64,000 bases of DNA from positions 410-64,409 of IMG/VR virus record IMGVR_UViG_3300023082_000011; one strand, 5' to 3'. A program made the translations under genes and the position numbers. This document shows positions 51,015 through 60,578 of this stretch, piece after piece. The first letter of the stretch is position 1, and the number at the start of each line of letters is the position of its first letter. The stretch is from a virus. The notes under the pieces are model-generated. The model saw only the letters and a list, made by a program, of their open reading frames with translations. It was not told where the DNA came from and did not search any database.

Positions 51015-51209
51015 TACTCCTCCGCCTGTTTAATCATCATCCTGACCTGTGCAGATACTGAGAGAGCATTTTTGGCTGCCAGCCTTTTTAGCTTTTCCTG
51101 GAGTTCTTTTTCAATTCTCAACCTTAAAATTTCTTCTTTCATATAGTAATTCTTTTATGAGTACAAAGGAACAACATTGTATCCACAATTACAAAAATAT
51201 TGGAAATTT

Positions 51210-51467
51210 CTAATTAAGGTCGTTCTCAATTGATTTTATTAATTCCCCCGATTCCCTGTCAAAAAAGTCTATACGTTTTAGCCCGACTTTCCCGTCGTCT
51301 ATGAACGTGAAGCCCTTCATTTTTATGTTTTCGTTTCCTACCTTGTCCTTCATTATTCGGAATTCAGCCAAGACATGCAGAAGATTCCTGAACATCATTT
51401 CGCAGTTTTCGGGCGTAAGTGCGTTGACCAATTCGTCAAAGGTTTCCACGTAAATCCCTTCTTCCAT
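51210..51467 (-). CDS. hypothetical protein (85 aa)
   Basis: ORF track. Confidence 0.35.
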   Translation of the reverse strand: MEEGIYVETFDELVNALTPENCEMMFRNLLHVLAEFRIMKDKVGNENIKMKGFTFIDDGKVGLKRIDFFDRESGELIKSIENDLN

Positions 51468-51473
51468 GGTTAT

Positions 51474-52427
51474 TTACTTGACATTTACCAATACCGAACC
51501 TGATCCGTTGCCTACGACCGTGGCAGAATTTACTCCGTCCCACTTCTGTATTTTTAGGTACTCCAAATAGGCAGCCGTTAGTTTCTGTTGTTTGATGTCC
51601 ATGGCCAAAGCTTCTGCATTTGCGTTGATAATCTTTTCGGCGGAATCACCCTGTGCCACGGCAATCTTTCTTTGTGCATTGGCCACCGCAACCGCTTTCT
51701 GGTTTTCTGCTACCTGAACGTCCTGGATAGCCTTGGTCTTGTCGTTGATGGCGGCCACCAATGCGGGAGGCGGTAAAATATTGGTACGTAACTGTGAAAT
51801 GGTGAACCACTTGGAAAGTCTCAAATTACATTCGTTTTTGATGGCGTTCTCAAATCCCGACCGGTTATTGAATACGGAATCTACGGGCCAATGGTTTGCC
51901 ACGTCATTCACGGAACCCACGATGGCAGTTTTCAACCAACCCTGTTCGATTTCTTTTACCGGTAATCTTAAATTCATGAACATGTCACCGACCGCCGTAG
52001 GAACCAAGGAATAGTTGAAAGTTGGTTTAATCGTGCATCCGAAGCCTCCCTTGGTAATGATTGTCTGGTCACCGTATTCGATGTGTTGTTGATAGGTAGG
52101 AAATTCGTAGATACGTTCCGTCCAAGTGTTGTAAACCACCCAACCCGTTTTGTAGGTATACTCCGATAATCCCCTGTCGTTGCCCACCAAATTGACTTTG
52201 ATGCCCGTGAATCCCGCATCAACCTTTTCTACGGAGTAAGGTTGTACCAATCCGCCTACGAAGGTAATCAAAAATACGAGTAAAGGCGTGAACAATACTT
52301 TACCATTGAATTTTTTTGATTGGTAGCCTCCTGAATTAGTGGTGACTGTTGACATTGAGTTACGTTTTAGGAATAGTATTCCCAAAGCTGAGAATAAGCC
52401 TGTTAAAATAATAATTGTACTAATCAT
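51474..52427 (-). CDS. SPFH/band-7 (prohibitin/HflKC/flotillin-like) membrane protein
   Basis: N-terminal TM; the central SPFH region is followed by a QKAVAVANAQRKIAVAQGDSAEKIINANAEALA coiled coil. Confidence 0.65.
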   Translation of the reverse strand: MISTIIILTGLFSALGILFLKRNSMSTVTTNSGGYQSKKFNGKVLFTPLLVFLITFVGGLVQPYSVEKVDAGFTGIKVNLVGNDRGLSEYTYKTGWVVYNTWTERIYEFPTYQQHIEYGDQTIITKGGFGCTIKPTFNYSLVPTAVGDMFMNLRLPVKEIEQGWLKTAIVGSVNDVANHWPVDSVFNNRSGFENAIKNECNLRLSKWFTISQLRTNILPPPALVAAINDKTKAIQDVQVAENQKAVAVANAQRKIAVAQGDSAEKIINANAEALAMDIKQQKLTAAYLEYLKIQKWDGVNSATVVGNGSGSVLVNVK

Positions 52428-52602
52428 CTGTTTTTGTTATTTGTGTTGCTGTTAAAATTGTTAAAAATACGAAATATACCAAAAGGAATGCCCCCGTCAA
52501 AGAAGTCAAGAGTAAAGGAAAAGATCTGCTGACCATGAATTCAAAGAATAACGCCGCCTTTATAAAAAGGAGTATCCACAAAGCTACTAATTTGTATTTC
52601 AT
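52420..52602 (-). CDS. small two-TM membrane protein (NfeD-like N-terminal part?)
   Basis: Two hydrophobic helices; overlaps the SPFH gene start. Confidence 0.3.
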   Translation of the reverse strand: MKYKLVALWILLFIKAALFFEFMVSRSFPLLLTSLTGAFLLVYFVFLTILTATQITKTDD

Positions 52603-52922
52603 TTCGTCAATAATTTTTGTAATTCGTCTATGTACACTATGAAATCAACACCTCCGCTATGGTAGACGGCATACTGCTCCAAAAATACCTTGGACTTGAT
52701 TATCAGCAGACCATCCAAAATGTACCCGTCCTCAGTGACCGTACCCCCTAACTCCCCAATCAAATCTTCGGTAATGGGTATCCTTGAATGTACCAACCTG
52801 AAACTTGAAGGATCATCCCTGAACCAATCCAAGTGGCTTTTACCTACCGTTATCTGTCTGGTGAGGTCGTCTGTTTCGTAGAGCAGCAGGTCACCTAAAC
52901 TTAGGTTTTGTATATCTTTCAT
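52599..52922 (-). CDS. hypothetical protein, possible NfeD-like beta-barrel partner of SPFH
   Basis: Operon position upstream of SPFH. Confidence 0.25.
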   Translation of the reverse strand: MKDIQNLSLGDLLLYETDDLTRQITVGKSHLDWFRDDPSSFRLVHSRIPITEDLIGELGGTVTEDGYILDGLLIIKSKVFLEQYAVYHSGGVDFIVYIDELQKLLTK

Positions 52923-53127
52923 AATCTAAATCATGTCCCCGTCCGCGAGGTCTTCCAAAGACTCTACCGCATCTTCCAATGCACTACCTAAAAGGCTGAT
53001 CGTGTCCGTAGGCTCTTGCCCCGTTATAACGTTAATGGTGTCACTGACTACTGTCAACGGTGTCAAAGCCGTTTTTACTGTAGCACTTACCAATTTTCCA
53101 AAAAATCCCATATCTTACTGTTTTATG

Positions 53128-53472
53128 TTAATTTATTTTCATTTCCAATGCCTGCTCTTTGGTGGGAACCCAATCCCCGCCTAAATAACCCATGACCCAA
53201 TCGTAGAGATTATCGTAGGGTACTTCGGGACCACTGTTGGATCTGAAATTTATGTTATTTCCCATGCCCCTGAAAGATATGCTCCACACGTCCCCAAACC
53301 TTGTATCATAGCAGTTGTCTATATACTTAATCATGAAGCCATATTCTGGCAGGTTCGGGTATTTTTGTTTTGTTTCTTCACTCCTACCGTCAGATGATAT
53401 ATACCCAAATCTGTGATGTTGTTGGATGAAACTTAGCACTTTATTGTATTGGTCTGGTGACATTCCTTTCAT
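53128..53472 (-). CDS. hypothetical protein (114 aa), downstream of the DGR RT
   Basis: ORF track; overlaps the RT 3' end. Confidence 0.35.
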   Translation of the reverse strand: MKGMSPDQYNKVLSFIQQHHRFGYISSDGRSEETKQKYPNLPEYGFMIKYIDNCYDTRFGDVWSISFRGMGNNINFRSNSGPEVPYDNLYDWVMGYLGGDWVPTKEQALEMKIN

Positions 53473-54394
53473 ATTTATTCCTTAAATTTACCGAATTACA
53501 ATGCGCCAACCAAGAATTGTGGTTCATCTTAATTGGGTTCTTTTTGTACTTTTGTTTTATAGACTTCCTTAGTAATACGTGGGTGTGATAATGTCGAAAT
53601 CCTACCCAGTCTATACCCCTACTTTCTACGGGAAATATTTGGTGGTTTGATTTAACCTCCAGTTTTAGGTTGTCCCCCAAATACTTCTTGATTTCTTGAA
53701 ACCGCGTATGAAGTTCTTCCTTACTGTCTGACAAAATTACAAAATCGTCACAATATCTTTGAAAATACTTTATCCGCAAAACTTCCTTAACCCAGTGGTC
53801 GAAATAGGTGAGGTAGAAGTTAGCCAAAAACTGACTTGTGTAAGATCCCAAAGGCAAGCCTTCTTCATAAGAGTCTATTACGTCATCCAATAACCATAAA
53901 ACCCCCCTATCCTTAAACTTTTTTCGGAGCAGCCCTTTTAATATACTCTTGTCTACGGACTGATAGAATTTTCTTATGTCCAACTTAAGGCAGTATTTCG
54001 TACCTTCTGCGTCTTTCAGGTAATTCCTCAGCTTATAAGATGCTGCATGCACACCCCTTCCTTTTATGCAACTAAAGGTATCCGCCGTGAAAGTCTTTAT
54101 AAACAAAGGCTCCAAAACATTTAGAACTACATGATGTACTATACCATCAGGGTAAAATGGGAGTGAGGATATTGTTCTTTCCTTACCCTCAAAAATGGTG
54201 AAGGTGTGGTAAGGAGAAGTAGTGAATGATCTATACTCCAACATCGCCTTTATTTTCCACAGATTTTCTTCCCTATTTTCCAGATGTCTTTTTACTCCCC
54301 TTTGTTTGGCTTTACCTCTTTTGGCCTTAATCTCCGCTTTTCTTATGTTATCTATGTCAACTATCTTTTCAAAAAGGTTGCCTATACGTTTCAT
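53441..54394 (-). CDS. diversity-generating retroelement (DGR) reverse transcriptase
   Basis: RT motifs: LKLDIRKFYQSVD (motif A), LPLGSYTSQFLANFYL (DGR-specific [IL]GxxxSQ in place of QGxxxSP), RYCDDFVIL (YxDD); 317 aa; adjacent TR/VR pair. Confidence 0.85.
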   Translation of the reverse strand: MKRIGNLFEKIVDIDNIRKAEIKAKRGKAKQRGVKRHLENREENLWKIKAMLEYRSFTTSPYHTFTIFEGKERTISSLPFYPDGIVHHVVLNVLEPLFIKTFTADTFSCIKGRGVHAASYKLRNYLKDAEGTKYCLKLDIRKFYQSVDKSILKGLLRKKFKDRGVLWLLDDVIDSYEEGLPLGSYTSQFLANFYLTYFDHWVKEVLRIKYFQRYCDDFVILSDSKEELHTRFQEIKKYLGDNLKLEVKSNHQIFPVESRGIDWVGFRHYHTHVLLRKSIKQKYKKNPIKMNHNSWLAHCNSVNLRNKYERNVTRPIQ

Positions 54395-54525
54395 ATTTTT
54401 TCAAAGCCTCTGTATTTTGACACATTTTCGGAACTATACTCCTACCAATGTGTCTTTAAGTGCTTTATTTGTTATTTTCTACCGTTTTAAGGTAAAGTTT
54501 TCCTCCTGTAAATGGTGCATCACCG

Positions 54526-54584
54526 CAGATGTGCGTCGAATAGTTACAATTCGAGTTGTAGTCATTGAAGTTGTTGACAACGGG
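54526..54584 (-). repeat. DGR template repeat (TR)
   Basis: 59-bp copy between the target gene stop and the RT; the coding strand carries adenines at all 10 positions where the VR differs; TR translates PVVNNFNDYNSNCNYSTHICGD, rich in AAC codons. Confidence 0.75.
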
Positions 54585-54602
54585 GGAGGGGGACTTGCTT
54601 AT

Positions 54603-55064
54603 TTAGTATGGTATGTATTCTTCAAATTGGTTAAAGGCAATCTTTGTAAGGTGCCTCTGTAATGGTTCACTCTTAGTACAGAGGCGCGCCGAAAAGTCAC
54701 AATCCGAGTAGTAGCCACCGAAGTAGTTGACAACGGGTTTACCTGATCTTAAATCCCAGTATGTAAACCATTTTCTTTCGCTCGAATTGGTAAAGTCTGG
54801 TTCCCAACCTTCATTCAAAGCTTTACATTGTACAACAATTTCTTGTTCTGCTACAATCTTACGGGATAATCCTTGTACACTATACAAAAGACGTAACTGT
54901 TTAACGGCTTCGTCATTCTCTCCCAATTCAAGTATCGCATCCTGCAATCCTCTTATACGGGAAAAGATGTCTTTTTTACTTTCTTTGAATACTATATTCT
55001 CAAATGTTGACTTTTCTTTGTCAATTTCGTAACCGTTGGGAATTTCAATTTTTAGATTTTTCAT
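54603..55064 (-). CDS. DGR target protein (153 aa) with the variable repeat near its C-terminus
   Basis: VR encodes ..KPVVNYFGGYYSDCDFSARLC..; C-type-lectin-like Gly/Tyr/Asp/Cys-rich C-terminal region. Confidence 0.7.
   Translation of the reverse strand: MKNLKIEIPNGYEIDKEKSTFENIVFKESKKDIFSRIRGLQDAILELGENDEAVKQLRLLYSVQGLSRKIVAEQEIVVQCKALNEGWEPDFTNSSERKWFTYWDLRSGKPVVNYFGGYYSDCDFSARLCTKSEPLQRHLTKIAFNQFEEYIPY
54679..54737 (-). repeat. DGR variable repeat (VR)
   Basis: Matches the TR except at 10 of 18 TR adenine positions (coding strand): classic A-specific mutagenesis pattern. Confidence 0.75.
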
Positions 55065-55090
55065 TTTTTACTGTTTAAGTGTTTTTTGTT

Positions 55091-55128
55091 TTGCTCCCGT
55101 CAACCAAACCAATGACTGACGGGAAATG
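55091..55128. repeat. conserved hairpin motif CCCGYCAACCAAWCCAATGAYTKACGGG, copy 1
   Basis: Near-identical copy at 62631..62658; both lie in long noncoding stretches. Confidence 0.45.
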
Positions 55129-55719
55129 TAGGTAATCTATAAGCTGTCTTACATTAGACGATGGTATTTCTACCAAGATAGTTTAGCTACCTATTTACTT
55201 ATAAATCTTCCGCCTCAAAGGGAACCTACAAATTTGATAGAATTATTAACTCAGATAATCACCCGCCTCAGTATTACTACCGTTTATCACCATTACATGT
55301 TATCTTAACGTCAGATTATCCTTACTGGGTCGATTTTGTTAACCCTATCAAATAATAAATGAAACCAACCCTCACTTTTCCAAGGTGATGAAGTAAATAT
55401 GACCACCCATCGGCTTTAGTACCTAATGTCGCTTTAAACCTAAACGGTCAATTAGCTTTAAACCCACTAAAATGGGTGCCTGTTATGTTACTTACTATTC
55501 ACTTCACCCAATCAACAGAAACGACTTGGAATGTCTAAAACCTTGCTGTTTTTGGTGAGTGCCATCTCCAAAGGTTTCTTCCATCAATTGGCGGGTTGGT
55601 TTCAAATGTTATTTATATGGAACCTCTTCCCATGATATTGATACTTTAACTTTCCATTTGTGTTCCTGCCTTCCCTTCTTATATCCATCATTACTTTCTT
55701 TAAGATTTATTTTACTTCC

Positions 55720-55802
55720 AGACGAATATGGGATTCGAACCCATGACCCTTTCGGATATAAGGATGTGTACTTACGCAATAATCCACCTCTGCCAATTCG
55801 CC
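55720..55802 (-). tRNA. class-II-like tRNA or tRNA-like gene (83 nt, no encoded CCA) with an apparent 8-nt anticodon loop UACACAUC
   Basis: Manual fold: acceptor GGCGAAT/ATTCGTC (7 bp, one G-U), U8, D-stem GCAG/TTGC with GG in the loop, anticodon stem GUAAG/CUUAU, 13-nt variable arm, T-arm ATGGG-TTCGAAT-CCCAT. Confidence 0.45.
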
Positions 55803-56215
55803 CCACGGCATCCATGTATAATGAGTATTGACAGGTTTTGGTATCGATGACATTCGGCCAATTTTTATGCAGTGTCTGCTGCTCCTATCAATATTTTAAT
55901 GCGTCCCTTGTATCTGTGCACAGATTGTTGAACCAAGGGTAATTTTAATCAACTTTTTTAGTTTTCAATGTTATTCCAAGAAGTGAAACGGTTCATCCTA
56001 ATCACGTCTGATACACTTTTTAACTCTCACATTGGTTACATGGGTTAGCCCATTCTTACGTTTCTGCCAGTTTGCACCCGTACAGACCGCCTTTGCTACC
56101 ATTTATTATGTGGATATAAGCTCCACTCCAAGGAATAACATTGTTTAATGTGTCGGGAGGGAAACTATGCCCATCATTTCAAGTATTGAATACACGCTTT
56201 TGCCGGCCATTTGCA

Positions 56216-56479
56216 TCACTTACTTCCTCCCAATATTTTAATGTTCATCCCAACTATTGTCTCCAGGACTTTTAGGTCGGCTTCGTTTTTGAGGGAGAAC
56301 GATACATCGCCTATCGTTACATAGTTGGCAGAAAATACGTGCCAGTAACTCCTGTAAATCCTCATGGCAACCTGTTCCTCAAAACTGTAGTTTATTCCCC
56401 TTCTTTTTAGTTCCTCGTATTCCGACTGCAATAATATTTCCGTTCCGTCTATCAGATATCTCCGAATGTTTTTGTTCAT
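56216..56479 (-). CDS. hypothetical protein (87 aa)
   Basis: ORF track. Confidence 0.35.
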   Translation of the reverse strand: MNKNIRRYLIDGTEILLQSEYEELKRRGINYSFEEQVAMRIYRSYWHVFSANYVTIGDVSFSLKNEADLKVLETIVGMNIKILGGSK

Positions 56480-56575
56480 GCCAAAGAAATTTTTCGTCTC
56501 TTTCTTTATTGCTCCACAAAGATAAACATGTTTTATTTACTTGCAACAGGCATCTGTGTTAAAATTATGTTAGGG

Positions 56576-57180
56576 TTACTTTTTAAAAGTGTCCCTTATG
56601 ATGTCGGTGGAGTCTAATACGCCTTCCAGACTTTTACGTTGGACGGCTATTTCGTTTACGTAGTCCTCTTTTCTTGGGATGTCAAGGTAATCCGCATTGA
56701 CCGTCCTCACGCCCATAGGTTTTGAAGCGTCGGCTAACATGGGGATATTGTGGAAACCCGTCAAATAATCCATTACTTTTTTCATGATTTCTCTTTTAAG
56801 TTTAAGTCGAACCTCTCAACCCCATTTTCTACTACGGTCACACAACTTATCTGTCCGCAAAGCTGAGCTATCGCCCTCTCTATGGGTAATTCTTGTGTCC
56901 TTATGAAGGTTTGTGAAAAAGATGCCCCGAATATCTCGATTATGTCATAGTTCGGCGTCCCCTTCCAATCCCGTATCTTCATGTAGATGTTGAACAGTTT
57001 CTGGAAAAGACAGTAAAGATAGTCATTATAAAACTCATCCGCATCCCATCCATAGATTTTTTTGAACAGGGGCTTGAAAGATTCCGTCCATTCACTCCTT
57101 GAAGGATATTCGTCCCGCAGGTGTCCCTTACAGTAAAGGATTATGGTTTTTTCCACTTCGCTTAGTTCTATCATTTTCAT
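56576..57180 (-). CDS. two small genes (69 and 132 aa)
   Basis: ORFs 56576..56785 and 56782..57180 (ATGA overlap). Confidence 0.35.
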
Positions 57181-57282
57181 AACGTTAAATATTTATCGTT
57201 TACTTCAATCTCTAACCCGTTTACATGGCTTACGTCCTGTAGGTGGCAAAGGTAGTTACCCAATTGTAGGCGGTAGGTCGAT

Positions 57283-58066
57283 TTATAGATTTCCGTCACC
57301 GTTCCCTCTGTTCCGTTGTACAGTTTTACGTCGTCCCCTATTTTCAGTTTTATTGTCATTTCTTTTAAGGTTAAATGTTTCGCCCATATATTTTTTCAGT
57401 TCCTTCAAGGCTTCGTCCACCAATCGTGGGTTGTCATACACTCCAAAGAAATTGTCCTTTGCGTATTCTATCGTGCTTATGTGGTAGCTGTTGCAGAACC
57501 ATCCGTCCTTAAAGAACCTGCTTTCACTTTTAATGAGGCAATTGCACCCCTCCTTTGAGGTGAGCGGTATGGTTATCACTTTGTCATCTTTTATCCTTAC
57601 GACTACCCCAGACCTTAAACGTAGCCATAAGGTAACTTAGGGAACATAAGGTCTCCATATCACCATCCGCCCATTGTTCCAGGGTGTAGCCCTTATAATC
57701 CGTTATCCCATCTTTACAGTGAATCCACATCTCCTTCAGGTTTTTGGAGACGTGCAGGGGATTTTCTTCGTCCCTGTGGTATAGCCTGATTGAAATAGTT
57801 GCCATATTTGTATGCGATTAAGCAATCCGTTTTATCTGTCCCTTACTTTCTTCGTTATCCCTATTAAAACCCATTGAAAGGGTCTCCCCAACGCGGAGGT
57901 CCAGAATAGCGTCCATGTTCTCGGATATGGCATTGTGATACTCGTACGGGTCTTTTCCGCTTATCGAGTCAAGAATATCAAGTAAATGCTCTGTGCTGGT
58001 GAAAGGGTCGATGCCCTCGATAAATTGGATGACATACTTACGTTTTGTGGGGAATCCGTTTACCAT
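57283..58066 (-). CDS. three small genes (98, 73, 82 aa)
   Basis: ORFs 57283..57579, 57584..57805 and 57818..58066. Confidence 0.3.
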
Positions 58067-58579
58067 GATAATTTGATTTAAAGTTAAAATTGTTGGGGTT
58101 TTTGGTTTATACCCGTCTGTTTTGTGGGGGGTAGATGTTAAAAAGTTGTCTTATTGGACTACTTAGGGCTTTGTGTTGGGGCTTTACTTCCCTTTCTATC
58201 AATAAGTTACGAATTTTAGATAAACTTTTACTTTAACCTCATTCAAAAAGTAAACTATACAGTTTGAGACTGTCTTTCCCGCTAGTTTACACAAGTTAAT
58301 AAACCTTTTCAGTATCAATATGTTATATTTTTAAACTATTTTCTCGGCACATATAAAAATAATCAAACCCCCTCCTAATTAAAACGCTTATTTACAACTA
58401 TTTAGATTTTAAGTATCGACGAGAAGGGAACGCCCTGAAAATATAGTCCGCATATCTTACCGTCCCTCCCTCCAAATCTTCCCCAATCAAATATAACCAA
58501 TGTGATTGGGAGTGTGTTTTGGTTTCGTACCCCAAGTGTAGGGAATACCTTTTGTTTGCATTTACTGTCAGTGATAGTA

Positions 58580-58900
58580 TCATTCGCTTAGGTCTTTTAT
58601 GGCGGATTCCAAAAATTCAATTCTTTCATCGTGTGTTAGGCACAAAGTGTTTACCTTTTTCATGTACACACCAAATTCGGGAAACATGATTTTTGAGTGC
58701 CTGATATATTCTACGTCACTAAATTTCAAAACATCTCTTATATTTCCTATTTGATGTTCCACTCCGTAGAATAAGTCAACCAATAATAAGCAAAGGCCGT
58801 GTGTTCGGTTTGTCTGGATATATTCCAGGGCTTCCCCGTAAACTTTTAACCTTTGCTTTTTTGTTAGGGGTTTGTCGTATCTGAATCTTAGGTTTTTCAT
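58580..58900 (-). CDS. hypothetical protein, member of a duplicated small-protein family (GLC...MFPE motif)
   Basis: Shares K..RL.VY...GLC..L....MFPE...RI.FL with 59211..59618. Confidence 0.4.
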   Translation of the reverse strand: MKNLRFRYDKPLTKKQRLKVYGEALEYIQTNRTHGLCLLLVDLFYGVEHQIGNIRDVLKFSDVEYIRHSKIMFPEFGVYMKKVNTLCLTHDERIEFLESAIKDLSE

Positions 58901-59214
58901 AATCCGTATTTTTGTGCCTCTTCGGCGTTTAGGTGGATGTATTGGTCGGCTTGTGCCATTCTATACAATGTTTCCCAGTCTAACCCGGTAAGGGCTTTAA
59001 TTTGGGGTATAGTCAGTTTGTCGGCCAGGTCGGTTACCCTATAAGGTGGGTTTGTTTCAAGGTCGTTTATGGTCGTGTGCAGGGTTTCGTCTTCCCATTC
59101 AGTTTGGTGTAATTCCAGTTCCTTGTGCTGGAGGGCGTCCGTAAGTTTAAGTAGGGCGTTTCTTATCTCTTCCCTTGTTCCGGAACCTTTTATGTTTATT
59201 TCGTAAGTTTTCAT
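58897..59214 (-). CDS. hypothetical protein (105 aa)
   Basis: ORF track. Confidence 0.35.
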   Translation of the reverse strand: MKTYEINIKGSGTREEIRNALLKLTDALQHKELELHQTEWEDETLHTTINDLETNPPYRVTDLADKLTIPQIKALTGLDWETLYRMAQADQYIHLNAEEAQKYGL

Positions 59215-59618
59215 AAGGTAGCCTTGTTGTTATTTTGTGCTTTTGGTTTTGTTGCGGCGGGTTTTTCCATTTGTTTAATGGTTTCACGAAGGAATTTTAT
59301 TCTCTGTTTTTGGGTAACTTCGTCAGGCCAGGTTATTGGGTCAACTTGTCTAAGGAATTTTTTTAGTTCGGGGAACATTTCGGAAGTACGCTTATAGGAC
59401 ATACCCCTCAAACTACAGTCGTCCTCAGACAACCCCCACAAAACCTTTGGTAGTTCCATACACAGGCCGTTGTCCCACCCCTTGCCTTTAAGTAAAAGTG
59501 CCAAGGTATCTTTGTAGACGGAGAGCCTCAACTTTTTGGGTACAAGTTTTCCTATCCCTATATGTAAGTTTTTCATATTTGTGAAGTTGTTTACTACCTC
59601 TTTGAATATTACATCCAT
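59211..59618 (-). CDS. hypothetical protein, paralog of 58580..58900
   Basis: Shared GLC / MFPE / RIKFL motifs. Confidence 0.4.
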   Translation of the reverse strand: MDVIFKEVVNNFTNMKNLHIGIGKLVPKKLRLSVYKDTLALLLKGKGWDNGLCMELPKVLWGLSEDDCSLRGMSYKRTSEMFPELKKFLRQVDPITWPDEVTQKQRIKFLRETIKQMEKPAATKPKAQNNNKATL

Positions 59619-59914
59619 CAGCTTAATTTTTTAATGAGTTTATCCAAAAGTTCAAGGCGGTTTTTGTAACCTTGTTCGTTGAGTGGGTAAAAATAAGGGG
59701 CATTATCTTTTTTACGGGGCTTCAGGGTGTGTACCAACTTATCTGCCCTTATTTCCTCTACACAGTCAAATATTTTGACGTCACACCGCATCCGTGCCGT
59801 GAAAAAACACAGGCTTTCATATTCTGAATCACTTATGCCATGGTAGCACCACTTGCCCCCGTATTCCTTAAACGTATCCCTCAAAAGGGTTATTAGTTCT
59901 TTGTCCGTTCTCAT
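59618..59914 (-). CDS. hypothetical protein (98 aa)
   Basis: ORF track. Confidence 0.35.
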   Translation of the reverse strand: MRTDKELITLLRDTFKEYGGKWCYHGISDSEYESLCFFTARMRCDVKIFDCVEEIRADKLVHTLKPRKKDNAPYFYPLNEQGYKNRLELLDKLIKKLS

Positions 59915-59940
59915 TTCTATATTTTTTAAGATTGTATTTG

Positions 59941-60315
59941 TTAGGGGTTAAACGTGTCCGTCTCACCCTTTATAAATTCTATCAACTTTTTGCGTTTGCT
60001 GCCCTTGGTCATTATGTATATTTCCAAAGCGGTGTAGTAGTTTCCTTTTTCTACCTTCAAATCCTTGAAATTATCATAAGGTATTGATTCAGATGGTCCA
60101 ATGTTTATACTCTCCCAAGTATCTAAAATTTTGGGTGCCAATTCTATTGCCCTCTCGCTGGAGCAATTACCGGTCAATTGCCCATATATACAAGAACTTA
60201 TGTTTGAAGGCCGGAGACATGCAAATGATAGTCTTTCTTTTTCTGTTTTGGTGGCATATTCCCTGAGATGGGTTGCCTCCACTTTTACGGCCTGTAAAAA
60301 TTCTGATTTTTTCAT
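59941..60315 (-). CDS. hypothetical protein (124 aa)
   Basis: ORF track. Confidence 0.35.
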   Translation of the reverse strand: MKKSEFLQAVKVEATHLREYATKTEKERLSFACLRPSNISSCIYGQLTGNCSSERAIELAPKILDTWESINIGPSESIPYDNFKDLKVEKGNYYTALEIYIMTKGSKRKKLIEFIKGETDTFNP

Positions 60316-60578
60316 AAGTTGTCTTTTAGTATGGCTTCCTCAAGTGAGGGGTAATTTTCGTCAAATTGTCCTGACCAAATTAGTCTATCCCTTTGATTGT
60401 ACATCTTTATGTAACCTTTTGACATATCGATGTAATAGTCAGGTTTCGGGGTAGCTTTTGTTTCTTTGGCGGCGGTTAGATTATGGTGTAACAGGGCACC
60501 GGATGCACCACTCAAAAACATGATTGCAAGTAGTACGATAAATTCTTTCATGATTTGTCTGTATTTGTGTTGTACCAT
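60312..60578 (-). CDS. small secreted protein (signal peptide)
   Basis: MKEFIVLLAIMFLSGASGALL. Confidence 0.35.
   Translation of the reverse strand: MVQHKYRQIMKEFIVLLAIMFLSGASGALLHHNLTAAKETKATPKPDYYIDMSKGYIKMYNQRDRLIWSGQFDENYPSLEEAILKDNL

Noticed and set aside
53128-53472. ORF downstream of the RT as the DGR accessory protein Avd.
   Set aside because: The sequence is Gly/Pro/Tyr-rich and not predicted to be helical; it lacks the basic four-helix-bundle character of Avd. Left as hypothetical.
54526-54737. TR/VR pair as a CRISPR-like or simple tandem repeat.
   Set aside because: Only two copies, about 95 bp apart, with an adenine-specific substitution pattern and an adjacent RT. This is a DGR, not CRISPR. 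No CRISPR arrays were seen anywhere in the window.
55065-55700. Additional tRNA genes in the 1.1-kb gap next to the tRNA-like gene.
   Set aside because: No other T-loop-like GTTCGAA/TTCGAAC motifs, and no acceptor/T-stem complementarity found by eye on either strand. Only one tRNA-like element could be supported.
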